A stretch of DNA of 63,715 nucleotides, filler included, from Basidiobolus ranarum (lineage: Eukaryota): NCBI GenBank assembly GCA_040143965.1. It is 56 parts of 56 records of this genome, joined end to end, with 100 filler letters (N's around TTAATTAATTAA, not from the genome) between each part and the next. Parts side by side here need not be neighbours in the genome. Positions count along the whole stretch, not along the records: positions 10,313 to 11,356 come from JASJQH010006701.1; positions 11,457 to 12,500 come from JASJQH010006702.1; positions 12,601 to 13,644 come from JASJQH010006703.1; positions 13,745 to 14,788 come from JASJQH010006704.1; positions 14,889 to 15,932 come from JASJQH010006705.1; positions 16,033 to 17,075 come from JASJQH010006706.1; positions 17,176 to 18,218 come from JASJQH010006707.1; positions 18,319 to 19,361 come from JASJQH010006708.1; 48 more parts are not named here. One strand, written 5' to 3'. The position numbers and the translations under genes are program-made. How positions within the stretch are numbered: the stretch's first letter is position 1; each line of letters opens with the position of its first letter. Below the pieces are notes generated by a model. The model was not told the DNA's origin, searched no databases, and worked only from the letters and a program-made list of their open reading frames with translations. This document shows positions 10,847-24,265 of this stretch, one piece after another.

Positions 10847-10857
10847 TTGATCAGACT
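10847..10857 (+). promoter_or_regulatory. Self-priming primer-binding site TTGATCAGACT
   Basis: Complementary to (A/G)GTCTGATCAA inside the LTR (10698-10708). No TGG-type tRNA PBS follows the LTR. Confidence 0.7.
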
Positions 10858-11223
10858 ACTTATACTTGCCTGTAGACTTCTCTCCATCCCGGTTCTTTAG
10901 CCTTGACATCCCCCAAGATTGGCTTGAATTGTTCCCATTTCCCCATCTTTCCCAAGCTTCCCTGCTGAGGCAAAGGTACCTTCCACCTTTTGATAAATGC
11001 TCTAAGTGCATCCTTGTCAAGATACTACTGGTAGAGTTTACAGATGTTTCTGATCAATGAAACTTTAGTACTTGAACAAGATCAAAGGACATTGATACCA
11101 GTATATTCTTTTGTCAAGGTGCCAATCATTTCTTCAACAGAAAGTTGGACATTGCATTGTGATTATCATTCCTAGAGAAACTTATGGTTTTTAGAATTTC
11201 CCCCTCCCAACATAGTAAGTATT

Positions 11224-11356
11224 ATGTCTAAACCAGCCCCCACAATGGAAAACATTATGCAAGTCCTTACTCAGCTTCAGCAAGAACATCAAGAGCTTTG
11301 TACTTCCATTGCTCAAGTACAGAATCCAGCTCCACCCAAATATCCTGCAAATCCAA
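11224..11356 (+). CDS. Gypsy family A gag N-terminus (truncated by contig end)
   Basis: MSKPAPTMENIMQVLTQLQQEHQELC, a coiled-coil gag start downstream of LTR and leader. Confidence 0.65.
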
Positions 11357-11774
11357 NNNNNNNNNNNNNNNNNNNNNNNNNNNNNNNNNNNNNNNNNNNN
11401 TTAATTAATTAANNNNNNNNNNNNNNNNNNNNNNNNNNNNNNNNNNNNNNNNNNNNGGTACTAGATGATAAGTAGGGAATGGATAAAGTAGCTCCAAAGC
11501 TTAATTTTTTTCCATGAGTATAAATTATAAGAAAAGCAGTAGTACTGTAAAATGTTCAGTAGCTGATTTCACAAAATAGAACTTGATCATCCTTGATGAG
11601 CTATTAACTCTACTCAAATACTTATGTAATGTTGTAGAAATATGATCGTTGTTTAAAAGATTGCATATATACAGCAAAATGAATGTGCCAACTGGGCTCA
11701 ATGCAAAATAGAAGGTGCATTTGTGAAATTAGATGCTTGATATCAATGCAACAAATATGCAACATGGAGGTATA

Positions 11775-12500
11775 TGTTGAAATTAGCATTGCCTGAACAC
11801 CTATATAGTCATATATAGCTTAGTACTTAGTTATCTTATATTGAACTAAGATATTATCCATTATTATCAATTGGAATTTACTTAGAATATTGACACCAAC
11901 TTGCAAGTTTGAGAATATATAGAATTTGATAACTTGTGCTAGAAGCCCCAAGCTTTGCACACATGTTCCTGGGACCTTCCTTAACACATTCTACATGTTA
12001 GTTTGCTTACATCCTGACAAAACTATAAATATGAACTTTCTACTCAATAAATCAATAAGTGAAAATCATCAATTTCTCCAATTCTTCAAACCACTTCCAA
12101 CAGCCTTCCAAATACTTCAACAGGCTATGAGCCCTAAGCTTGCACTCTCTGTAATATCTAGATCTCAAACTTCTGGAACTTTTCCCTCTTCTGGAAAATT
12201 GCATGGAATCAATTATCAAGTTTATAGGAAGGTTTCCCATAGCCAATTAAAGCATTTTCTTCATTCTTTTGGTTGGATCCTAATTTGCATAAATCTTCAT
12301 CCAGAAGTCTGCCAAATATATATTTTAAGGTCAGGTTTTCAGTTCTTGATTCTAAAGCCATTACTAGACTCTGAAATTCATGTGGCAGGCTATTTAGGAC
12401 TATAACTATGATATCCTGATCAGTAGTAGATACTCTGATGCATTCCATTTCATTTACTAAAACAGTGACTCTATTAATTAGTGATTTAATGTCTTCTGCT
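11775..12500. mobile_element. Copia family A 5' LTR (11775-12122), PBS (12123-12134), gag start, then an inverted gag segment
   Basis: 348-bp LTR, same length as 8719-9066, then GGCTATGAGCCC. 12223-12500 is the reverse complement of gag at about 24650-24925. Confidence 0.82.
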
Positions 12501-12600
12501 NNNNNNNNNNNNNNNNNNNNNNNNNNNNNNNNNNNNNNNNNNNNTTAATTAATTAANNNNNNNNNNNNNNNNNNNNNNNNNNNNNNNNNNNNNNNNNNNN

Positions 12601-13644
12601 AAAATCAAATCTAACTTGACAATTTTATGATGGTAAGTAAACGGTCAATCCCAAATGGATTAAAATTGTGACGGTTTTCCTACAATAACAATCCTCAAAT
12701 TTCTGTTAGGGCACAAAGGACCCTCAGTAGTGTCACACTACAAGGACATATGAAAATAGTAAAAGTACTTGAGGAGTATTTTTAAAAGCATGAAGGGAAA
12801 GTTGCAGTGCAAGTATGCAGAAAGTGGCTTTGGAAGAAGAACATTCAACTTGACAATCAGTTTGGTGTTGACCAAGCAAATATCTGGGAAGAACTTTATA
12901 CTGAGTGGCTCAATATTGCCAGGTATCTGCCAGATAGCTAAAAGAATGTTGATTCAGCAATGTTAACACAATGGCAGGCTTTGATGGATATATTGATACA
13001 AACTTGTGTTGGATATGAGCTAAACTTTGGGTATGAAGAACTCTATAAAGATATTCTGGAGAATATATCAAAGAAACTAGGAATTTGGAAGGTGACATAT
13101 TAAAATTCAAGTGGTAAATGTGTAAATTTGAGTTATATTTTTTGCACATGCATTGATCCATAGTTCAGTGAGATTGTAGCCAATTAGGTACAACTATTTT
13201 GCAAGATCTTGAATTTTCTCTCCTGAAGCTGTAAAAATTGATAAAAATCAAATCTAACTTGACAATTTTATGATTGTAAGTAAATGGTCAATCCCAAATA
13301 GATTAAAATTGTGATGGTTTTCCTACAATAACGATCCTCAAATTTCTGTCAGGGTAGAAGGACATATAAAAATAGTAAAAGTGCTCAAGATGTGTTTTCA
13401 AGAGTATGAATGGAAAACACAATGCAAGTATGCAGAAAGTAGCTTCAGAAGAAGAATATTCAACTAGACATTCATTCTGGTGTTGACTCTGCAGATATCT
13501 AGGAAGAGCACAATACAGAGTGGCAAAATAGTGCAGGGTAACCACCAGATAGCTCGAAGCATGTTAATTCAGCAAGGGTAATCCAAAGGTGGGCTTTGAT
13601 GGAGATATTGATACAAACTTGTGTTGGATATGAGTTAAGTCTTG
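12601..13644 (+). mobile_element. Three nested/tandem CACTA-like ORF2-end segments
   Basis: Termini at 12711 and 13354 are each followed by ORF2 sequence of another copy. Confidence 0.78.
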
Positions 13645-13744
13645 NNNNNNNNNNNNNNNNNNNNNNNNNNNNNNNNNNNNNNNNNNNNTTAATTAATTAA
13701 NNNNNNNNNNNNNNNNNNNNNNNNNNNNNNNNNNNNNNNNNNNN

Positions 13745-14238
13745 TGGATAAACTTCCAAATTTAGCACTCTTCCAGCTGGTGTACCTGGTTCCATGATGA
13801 AATTAACTTTTTTGCTAGTATATCTGACTCTGGTATTGCAGATCTTTGTAATGGTGTGAAGAATTTGGTAAGTGGGGCAGTTGAGCCTAAACTCACTGGC
13901 TCCTTTGCTTTTCCCTTGGGTTTACTAACTTCCTGCTCCTTAGGTACTTCTTTAGCTGCTTTTCTTTCCTTTCCAAGTCAATAATTGCATACATTTTGAA
14001 GATATTTCTTGAATAGGCCTATACTAGCCCAATTGCCATTTACTTGCAAAAACCCATGATTAGCCGCATGAAATAAGTCAAAAACCTTCGGAGTAACACC
14101 TGGTTTTTGGTTTTTCCACAATTGACTCAAATACAGGTTATTTTGGGCAAGATTCTGCACAGTTTCCAAAATGTTAAACCACACCTCATCAAAGCAAGTG
14201 ATGACAGCTCTGACATTCAGAGTCTTTTGGTTTGCTGG
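13745..14238 (-). pseudogene. CACTA-like ORF2 central fragment
   Basis: WFNILETVQNLAQNNLYLSQLWKNQKPGVTPKVFDLFH. Overlaps the sequence of 30873-31220. Confidence 0.7.
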
Positions 14239-14788
14239 TGTAGTGGGGTAGCATTGCTACCCACTGGCAGGTTGACTTATTTCCACTCTGAGCTCATATC
14301 ATTACTATTGCACAATTTCTATTTTATTATCCTTATTTGACTTACCCATATTTTCTAGCCAATCATATCACACTATTAGTATTATCCCCCATTACTTCAG
14401 ATTTATCAGTATTAACCCACATTAGCCCTATTATTTTCTGGAAAATTCTACAATCTTCCGGAACATTCCACAAGATTCTTGGAATATTTGATGATTGATT
14501 GAGTTTTGACCAATCAAAACTTGATTTTGCCGGAACATTCCATGACTTTCTGGATTATTCTACAACCTTCCGGAACATTCCATGGATTACTAATCTCATG
14601 ATTTATGATGATATCATAACCCCAGATCCCCACCAATAGAATTCTCTGGAACTTTCCGGAAATTCCTATTAGTAATCATATCTACCTTCAGAAAAGTATA
14701 AATAGGAGCCATATCTTTTCAAATAAAAATCATCCTGGTTTTCAACTAATAATTACTACTTGTGATCACCCCTTATTTTCACCACTAC
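14239..14788 (+). repeat. Long LTR of another family (TGTAGTGGGGTAGC...), second copy at 52485-53084 minus
   Basis: TGTA start, internal TTCCGGAACATTCC repeats and TATAAATA at about 14697. Both copies are inserted in CACTA-like ORF2. Confidence 0.65.
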
Positions 14789-16032
14789 NNNNNNNNNNNN
14801 NNNNNNNNNNNNNNNNNNNNNNNNNNNNNNNNTTAATTAATTAANNNNNNNNNNNNNNNNNNNNNNNNNNNNNNNNNNNNNNNNNNNNATCTTTGGGGCA
14901 ATTTGGACGAGTTTGAAATTTCCATTATGGAATTGCTAATTCTCACATTATTCACATATATATATAATATATGTTCCGATTTTCAGCTAAGTGATATTTA
15001 ACTAAGTAATGTTAACTAACTTATATGTGATATATGAAATAGTTAGGTGTATAAAGATAGAGATAATGAATATGATAAAGACAATAAACTTCAACATTAA
15101 CATGCCAGAACTAACTCCAGTAATGATGAAGCATTAATCAATTTACCAGATGTGGTCCTTTCCAGCAATTGAGCAAGTGAAGAGATTGTAATCCCTCAAT
15201 TATGTAGTAATTCAATAGTTGAGTAAAGTTCAATCAAAACACTGTCAAGACCATGAACTTCCAAAATGCCTAATTTGCCCACTATTGAGCAACCCTCTAT
15301 AGAAAATTTGGATAGAATTATTACATCAAGGGAAATGCAGGCAGAACACTGTAATGATTTGTATGCAATCATAAGTAAAAACTATGAAGTTGTTATACAG
15401 GCCATGACAAGCAACAATGCTGTAGCAATGGAGATATTCCAATCATATATTGCTTGTAATATGTAGGAAGAAAATTATCTATCACTATCTTATAATATTT
15501 TACAGATCAAGAAAAAGAATGAGAATAATTGATTGCTCTTAATCCCATCAATACTTAAATTATTACAGTAATTTAATCTGCAATTAATACTCCGGAATTA
15601 GAGCTTTGCAACCATGTAAGTAGCATAAGATTTGATCAAATATTGGTGGAGCTATAACCATTTCAAAATTGCCAACACAAAAATCCACACTAGCATATAT
15701 TCAGGACATAGTAATTCAGGACCTCAAGGTGCTCACAAAATTAGTGCTAACTTATAAACCAGCTGATGGATTCTCTTCAAACTTTGCACAGAGCTGTGAC
15801 AGTACTTGATGCTGCTGAAAGTTTCAAAGCCGCAGCTGCTTTATTAGTGATTGTATTGGTACTTTGATGCTAAGCCACCCACTCATAGCATTTAATCTTA
15901 GCCACCAATTCATAGCATTTATTCTAAGCTGTNNNNNNNNNNNNNNNNNNNNNNNNNNNNNNNNNNNNNNNNNNNNTTAATTAATTAANNNNNNNNNNNN
16001 NNNNNNNNNNNNNNNNNNNNNNNNNNNNNNNN

Positions 16033-16775
16033 AGTATCAATGTTTTGACATGTATGATTACCATTAAATTACTATCAAGAAGCCACCATCTCACCATCAA
16101 AATCTTTGGCAGAATGCAAGCTACCAATATTGTCATGGTTCTCTGATGGTTTTGCAATCCAGGAGGGTGGATCCAATCCAGATCAAATTGATTTTATTTT
16201 TGTTAAGGTCAAATGAGCTAGAAATCCCACATTTTATACCATAAGCAAATCTATAGATATTGGACATCATTTTATTAAAGAAACTGTACAATATAAGCTT
16301 ATTGACTTAACTTATTGTTATACTAAAGGCAAAATTGATGTTTCATTAACTAAACAATTTGCTAGATAGATATTTGAGAAGTTTAGACCTTCCTTAGGAT
16401 TAGTTCATATGACTATTTAGCTGGGAGAGAGTGTTGAAGTTAGCATTGCCTAAACATCTATATAGTCATATATAGCTTAATATATAGTTATCCTATATTT
16501 CATTAAGATATTACCCAATATTCTCAATTGGAATTTACTTGGAATATTTTTACCAAATTAGAAGTTCTCAGATATATGAATTTTGAAACTTATGCTAGAA
16601 GCCCCAGACTTTGTATACATGCTTCTGGGACCTTCTTTAACACATTCTACCTGTTGGTTTGCTTATATCTTGACAAAACTATAAATGTCAACTTTCTACT
16701 CAATTAATTAATAAGTGGAAACCACCAATTTCTCTAATTCTCCAAATCACTTCCAATGGGCTCCCCAATACTTTT
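16033..16775 (+). mobile_element. CACTA-like transposase-side end, followed by copia RNase H end, PPT and family A LTR
   Basis: ...TTTTTGTTAAGG at about 16208, then a KSIDIGHHFIKE-like motif and GGGAGAGAG-TGTTGAAG. Confidence 0.7.
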
Positions 16776-18318
16776 ATATCTCCTAACCTATAAAAATTGA
16801 ATTTTAGCCCTTCTGAAGTGGCCTTGAATACAGATGTTAATTTCTTGGCAATAGCTGGAAATATAGTGTATCCTTGAAAGTATACACTTTCTCTTCAGAA
16901 GGATCAGTTATATTGTTGGATAATTAATCTTTATTCAACACATAGTTAACTTTAGTTATGATACATATATCAGAAACAGAAAGCAATGTATCTATAGCCC
17001 CTATATTCTAAATAGGAATACCTCTATATCTATATAACAAGTATATCTTATTAACCACACTTATCTAATATATCTNNNNNNNNNNNNNNNNNNNNNNNNN
17101 NNNNNNNNNNNNNNNNNNNTTAATTAATTAANNNNNNNNNNNNNNNNNNNNNNNNNNNNNNNNNNNNNNNNNNNNGAATGAGCCATAGTTGTGGCTTATT
17201 AACTTGGTTCACACCTGTTTAATTTTGTCAATTTTTGATATTTGTAGAAATAATGATAGCCAAGAAAATCTAAACTCAAGGAATCAGCACAAGCAGAACA
17301 CTAGTTGATGAACTTTGCATCATTATACTGCTTACCAAATTAGGCAGCCAGGAGTTGGGAACTAAGCTAAACACTAATGAAGCTTAACTAGGTATACCTG
17401 ATGTGCTATTTTCAAGTGATAATCCTGGTGAAGTGCTTATAATCCTCCTATTATGTAGAATGTCCATTGTTGAAGAGGCAGGATCTATAGTGTTGCCATC
17501 AAGACCAGCAAGTTGCAAAATGCTTCTCTCTTCAAGAAAACACTCTTCTGGCACAGCCTATTTAGATCTCACTATAGCTGTTTGGTAATCCATTGCAAAA
17601 AGTAGTAATGATTTGTGCAATATCATATGTAGAAACTATGATGTTTTTATACAAGCAATGAACAGCAATCACAATATATAATCAAGTTACTACTAATGTA
17701 GCTACAGAGATTGACTGGAAATCTGGCATCAGAAATTATGTTATTTAAGAGTAGAATATATGAGAATGTACTTGAAAATATGTAGGTTTTGGAACCTAAT
17801 CTTGTAATTCCACCATATCTGGAGCTCTGTATATGGTAGGCAACACAGAAAGTGATTTGTGGGCTCTGGAATGAGCAAAATGGATCAAAAATTGGCCTAA
17901 TACTCTCAGAACTGTATGTTCTACCCTAACAGATATCTCAGAGTCAATATTTAAAAAGTCACAATGTTAAATCCTTTAGGTCTTATCATCTAAACACTAC
18001 TATGATATTGTCACACTGAATTTTTGAGTAATCATATTTTTTTCTTTCAGAGTTGAAACTTAAAGTTCTTGCAAAATGGTTGCTTATCATTGGCTAAAAT
18101 AGTGAACAACTCAGGATCAAGCAATGTTTGAAAAATACAACTCATATTTGCTAATTTATTACTTGTTGGCAGATATTGGTGTTTTGCAATCTTCAATTTC
18201 TGTGCTATATTCTTCTAANNNNNNNNNNNNNNNNNNNNNNNNNNNNNNNNNNNNNNNNNNNNTTAATTAATTAANNNNNNNNNNNNNNNNNNNNNNNNNN
18301 NNNNNNNNNNNNNNNNNN

Positions 18319-19101
18319 AGTTTATCGAACCCCGAGCCCCTCTCCCCACGCCAAAACCCCCGCTAATAATCCTCACAGCTCTGCACCCTCAACTGGGTCT
18401 TTTCAAAGTGTTGAAATTAGTCCCATAGGTAAAGGCAAGCAAAAAGCCACACAAACACTGCAAAGCACCCTGAGTAGTGTCACACTACAAAGACGTACAA
18501 AAATAGTCAAAGTGCTTGAGGAGTATTTTCCAAAGTATGAAGGGAAAAACATAGTGCAAATATACAGAAAGTGGCTTCAGAAGAGAAACATAGAACTTGA
18601 CATTCAGTCTGGTGTTGACCATGCAGATATCTGGGAAGAACTTAATACAGAGTGGCACAATATTGCAGGGTATCCACCAGATACCTGGAAGAATGTCAAT
18701 TTAGCAACGTTAATACATTGGTAGGCTTTGATGGAGATATTGACACAAACTTATGTTGGGTATGAGCTAAATCTTGGGTATGAAGAACTCTATAAAAATA
18801 TTCAGGAGAATATATCAAAGAGACTAGGGATTTTGAAGGTGACAAATTAGCATTCAAGTGGTACTTGTGTTAAATTTGAGTTACATTTTTTGCACATGTG
18901 TTGATCCATAGTTCTCTGAAATTTTAGCCATTCATTTGCAACTATTTTGCAAGACCTTGAAATTTAACTCCTGAAACTGAAAAGATTGACTAAAATCAAA
19001 TCTAACTTGACAATTTTATGACAGTAAGTAAATAGTCAATCCCAAAGGATTAAAATTGTGATGGTTTTCCTACAATAACATTCCTCAAATTTCTGTTAGG
19101 G
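18319..19101 (+). mobile_element. CACTA-like ORF2 3' half and terminus
   Basis: LEEYFPKYEGKNIVQIYRKWLQK...; ends TTTCTGTTAGGG. Confidence 0.8.
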
Positions 19102-19361
19102 CTAGGAGGTGGAGTTTGCTTGAATGTAATAATCTTCTTCTTCCAGTTGATTACTGCATTGTGCTGCATGAGCCATGAGATATCAAGGATGACCGGGTGG
19201 TGAAGTGAAGAAATGATATCAAAGGCTATTTCTTCTTGATGAGCAGTGGACATGAGTGTCATAAAGGTTGTCTCAAGTGTTACAGCACCTGATGATAGCA
19301 GCCTTCCATCAATTACTTCCACAGGGACTGAACTAGACCTCTTGATTGTTGGGATAGAGTG
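19102..19361 (-). pseudogene. Gypsy aspartic protease fragment
   Basis: EVIDGRLLSSGAVT...HPVILDISWLMQHNAVINWK, the retropepsin C-terminal 'ILGxxWLxxHNxxIDW' motif. Confidence 0.8.
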
Positions 19362-20603
19362 NNNNNNNNNNNNNNNNNNNNNNNNNNNNNNNNNNNNNNN
19401 NNNNNTTAATTAATTAANNNNNNNNNNNNNNNNNNNNNNNNNNNNNNNNNNNNNNNNNNNNAATCATTTTGCTCAAGTAATCAAATTCTACATGGACAAA
19501 TATCTATGCCATGATTGAATAATTTCTTGATTAGAATAACTTTGATTCAAACAGAAATCTCTTTGATTATCAGTAAATTTGGATAATCTCTGAGCCCTTT
19601 CCTACAAAGCCATATCCCTATCATTTTGATCCTGGATGGTGCAGCCTGACTTTATGAAATTAAGTTTTAGTCCTCCATAGGTAGCCTTGTGTCCAGAAAT
19701 TCAATTCATATCAATATTCATAACATAAAGTACATCCTTAATAGTAAGCACTATCTCTTCAAAGGAGCACCGGTTAGGTTGATTTCAATTGTTCCCATTG
19801 GAATGGAATCTCACATATGGCCATCTCCTATGAAAACCTTTCTGTTTGAGATTTCTTCATATTCCTCAAACCAAAATTCTTGATATAGGAGATGTTTGGA
19901 TGTTTTAGTATCAGCATGAGAGTCCATGTTGGTAGTCAAAGATAGGGCAGATATGAATGAGCAATCCTCCACTGCAACTATTTTTCCATATTCAACATGC
20001 TCTTCCTCTTTGTAATTCTTGTGAAGAAATCTGTTCTTAAACAGCCTATCCTTTTAAATAAATAGACCAGATCAGTAGTGGATACTCCAAAGCATTCCTT
20101 TCATTAACTATAAATGTGATCTAGTTTATAGCTGACTTTATATATTCTGCAGGCATCTTCTTTTGCTAAAAAAATGGTTGACTTAGGAGCATCTAGTTGG
20201 CTGCAGAACCACAGCTCACCTTCCAGGCAGATTTGACTCTTATTAATTCAATTAGCAATTTTGTCTTTAGCATTGAAACTTGTAATTTTAAAGGAAATCT
20301 GTCTTTTTAAGATATAGTAAATATTTTTTTCAGATAGTTTTATGTTGCTTTCTTCTCCTGCCAAAGTATCCCAAAAGCAATTTCCTGGCAGTAGCCTATT
20401 TAAGTTGATTTTGTCATGATTCTGATCTTGGCATACTGATCCACTACAAATAGAACCTCTCTATTATTAGATTATGACATCATATCTGCTGAGCCATCCC
20501 TTCNNNNNNNNNNNNNNNNNNNNNNNNNNNNNNNNNNNNNNNNNNNNTTAATTAATTAANNNNNNNNNNNNNNNNNNNNNNNNNNNNNNNNNNNNNNNNN
20601 NNN

Positions 20604-21600
20604 TTACACTTTTAACACAGTTGATTGGCAACTGTTGCTTGCCAAAGACCTGGTACAAGTGGAAAACACTTGTCAATAGTATGACTTATGATTGTTCAGT
20701 AATTAAACTACCTTCATATCCAAATGGTTGTTTGGCTTTCACTGTTGATCTGAAAGACCTGAAGTCATGTACTGTTTGCACACAATTATCAATCATTGAA
20801 TCAGATGAATAATGTTCCTATTTGGCTTACATACCATTGATTCCTCATCTTAAAGTTATAATGAAAACACCCAAATATAGATCATTGATCCAATACCAAA
20901 GTACTCACCATAAAGCTGATGGGGTTACCAATATACTTGATGAATATCACTACCAGAATCTGAAAAGTCAAGGCTTCTTTGAGAACACATACAATCCTGC
21001 ATTTGCATTGGCTCTCAATAGTTTCTCACTAAACAAATATACAGTTGGAAAGGCTTGCTGGCCAATAATTTTACTTAACTTAAATCTTCCTCCTTCTGAA
21101 CAGTATAAGAGTTGTAGTATTTTGATACTGTCCATTATATCTGGACCTAAATCACCTGGGCTTATAGATGTCTTCATGGAGCCTTTGATTGTGGAATTTG
21201 AATGGTTATTTAATTGGGTTCAGATAGGTGAATATTTAATTAAAGCTAATATCATTGTATATATTGGTGACACTCCTGCCATCAGTAAACTTGGGGATTT
21301 TTGTGGGCACAATGCACTCTCTTGCTATAGATTTTGTCAGATCAATGGAGCTTACTCTATCAGGCGTATGCATTATTACTATCCAAATACAACACTAAAC
21401 TCCATCATTTTACTGTCAAGAGACTGGTAAGATTTCAACATGAACACTGATATCAATTCACCAAATAGTCAGTCTAACATCAAACTTGGAATTAGCCATA
21501 AGCCTAAGATTATATTGCTAAAGAGGATCAGCTGGAGCCAGAGCTTCCCATTAGGCACTTACTGTTCAACATCATTCCAATACTACTTACTCAGCTATAT
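20604..21600 (+). pseudogene. CACTA-like transposase (Tnp2 domain), 202-aa open stretch
   Basis: ORF 20822-21430 with CWPIILLNLNLPP, GPKSP, GDTPA and GHNALSC. Confidence 0.85.
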
Positions 21601-22887
21601 ATGGAAAATTCTGTTGAAATTATTTAGGGAGAAATATTGGTCTGGNNNNNNNNNNNNNNNNNNNNNNNNNNNNNNNNNNNNNNNNNNNNTTAATTAATTA
21701 ANNNNNNNNNNNNNNNNNNNNNNNNNNNNNNNNNNNNNNNNNNNNTTTGGGCCTGTTAATTCTGACTGGAAATGTGTCAAGAATACTTCTTATATGAACT
21801 CTATTGGGAAATACTCCAGGAAATGGAAGGAAATTAGAGTCTCTAAATCTTTTGTCTCAGGCACCTTCAACATCATTCATCACTGAAGCTTAATTATTCT
21901 CATTTCCTTGAATCCTGTTATGGAAGCTTGTCCCACTTTTGCTACCACTAAAAGTGCACTGAAATCCAATTGGACAATAGTTTTTGTAGTAACAAAACAA
22001 ATTGACTAGCTGCTTTCTGTAGGTATTGGAGTTTACAAGCCTCAGTATTTCTCAAATATAGCTTCTAGGGTGGTGATAGGAAAGTCAGAAGTTGCTTTTG
22101 GATTAATGAAGAATGACCACTTGGAGTAGATGGAGAGCATGATATTAATCTTGTATTAAGCTGGCATATTACTGATTTATCTGGTGTGGCAAGTTATTTA
22201 TATAAGAATTTCAATTATCATGGTAAACTTCCCTCCATTCTGTATAATATAATTTCTGTTTGTGTTTATTATCCTAATTATTTCAATTATGTGTTATTGC
22301 ATGGATATTATATAATAAACTCCATCAGCAAAGTGAATCATAGTTTGATCCAAATCAATTTATTTAGCATACAAATTGAAATGGCTGAAAGCAAAATGCA
22401 TTATGCTTGATAACACTATAGGAAATTCACTTTGATATTTTAACCAATAATATAAAAAGATCCTTAGCTCTGATTGAAATCAATAAAGTCTAACATCATG
22501 GATATATATGGTAGTTACATATTATTTCAAAACAGATTCCTCCTGATTCACAACCTACTTTGGTACAGGAAACCACCACTTGCAAAATTTTGCATGCAGA
22601 TTCAAATGAAGATGTGGGTGGTGCAAAGCAGCGCATGCCTAATGAATTTACAGATGCCTAGATATCCACTATGAATTCATTCTTGGATATATTGGAGTCA
22701 TTGATACTTGACAGAAGCTAGGGAAGGGGGCATTAGACAAATGTGGAAGCAACTTTTGACTCTGCTTTGGAGAGAATACTATATCTANNNNNNNNNNNNN
22801 NNNNNNNNNNNNNNNNNNNNNNNNNNNNNNNTTAATTAATTAANNNNNNNNNNNNNNNNNNNNNNNNNNNNNNNNNNNNNNNNNNNN

Positions 22888-23928
22888 CTCATCAAGAAGA
22901 AATAGCTTTCAATATCATTTCTTCACTTCATCATGCTGTCATTCTTGGTATCTCATGGCTCATACAGCACAACCCAGTTATCAACTGGAAGAAGAAGATT
23001 ATCACATTCAAGCAAACTCCACCTCCAAGTCCATATTTCCCAACCTGCAAAGTATCCAACTTGTCATCAGCCCAAATCCTAAAAACATCTATGAAGCCAA
23101 TATCCATTGACAGGATGGCTGAAGAGCTGAAACCAACAGAACCTATGGTTCATAAGCTCCCACACTAATATTTGGCTTTTGCTGATGTCTTTGACAAGAA
23201 AAAATCAGATATACTCCAAGCTCACCACCCATATGATTGCCCTATAGATCTACAAGAAGGAAAACAACTACCATTTGGGCCTATCTATAGGCTGACCCAG
23301 CCACAATTCAACATTCTAAATGAGTACATTGCAGAAAATCTGGAGAAAGGATTTATCCAACATTTAAAGTCCCCAGCAGGCTCTCCAATCTTATTTGTTA
23401 AGAAAAAGGATGGATCCCTCCATTGCTGTGTTAATTATTGTGGCCTAAATAGCATTACAGTGAAAAATCAGTACCCCTTGCCATTAATCAACTCACTCTT
23501 GCATCTGCTTACTTCAGCCAGGGTGTTTACCAAGACTGATCTAAGAGGTGTGTACAATATTGTAAGAATCAAACCAGGAGACCAATGGAAAACTGCCTTT
23601 CAAACTTGCTATGGACACTTTGAATACAATGTCATGCCATTTGGACTTACCAATGCCCCTGCAGTCTTTGAACACATGATGAATGGAGTATCTTAACCAA
23701 TTTGTGGTCATCTACCTTGATGATATCTTGGTCTTCTCAAGCTCTCAAAAAGAACATAATAATCATGTTTCCTAAGTCCTAGAAAAGTGGAAACTCTGGT
23801 CTCTATGCTAAACTTGAGAAATGTGAATTTGATCAAGTGCAAGTCAAATTCCTTGGATATAACATCAGCCCATCAGTCCCCTCCATGGACCTGAGAAGGT
23901 TAAGTCTGTTCTGTCTTGGGATACTCTC
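22888..23928 (+). pseudogene. Gypsy protease and reverse transcriptase fragment
   Basis: [45 protein letters not shown] and VIYLDDILV. Confidence 0.93.
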
Positions 23929-24265
23929 NNNNNNNNNNNNNNNNNNNNNNNNNNNNNNNNNNNNNNNNNNNNTTAATTAATTAANNNNNNNNNNNNNNNN
24001 NNNNNNNNNNNNNNNNNNNNNNNNNNNNTATTTTTACCAACTTAGAAGTTCTCAGATATATAGATTTTTCAAACCTGTGCTAGAAGCCCCAAACTCTGCA
24101 CACATATTCCTGGGACCTTCTTTAACATATTGTACATGTTAGTTGATTATATCTTGACAAAACTATAAATGTCAACTTTCTACTCAATAAATCAATAGGT
24201 GAAACCACCAATTCCTCTAATCCTCCAAACCACTTCCAACAGGCTCCCAAATACTTAAATGGGTT

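Noticed and set aside
21746-22787. Short ORFs in an unassigned CpG-poor contig
   Set aside because: No recognisable motif and no second copy in the window, so it is left uncalled.
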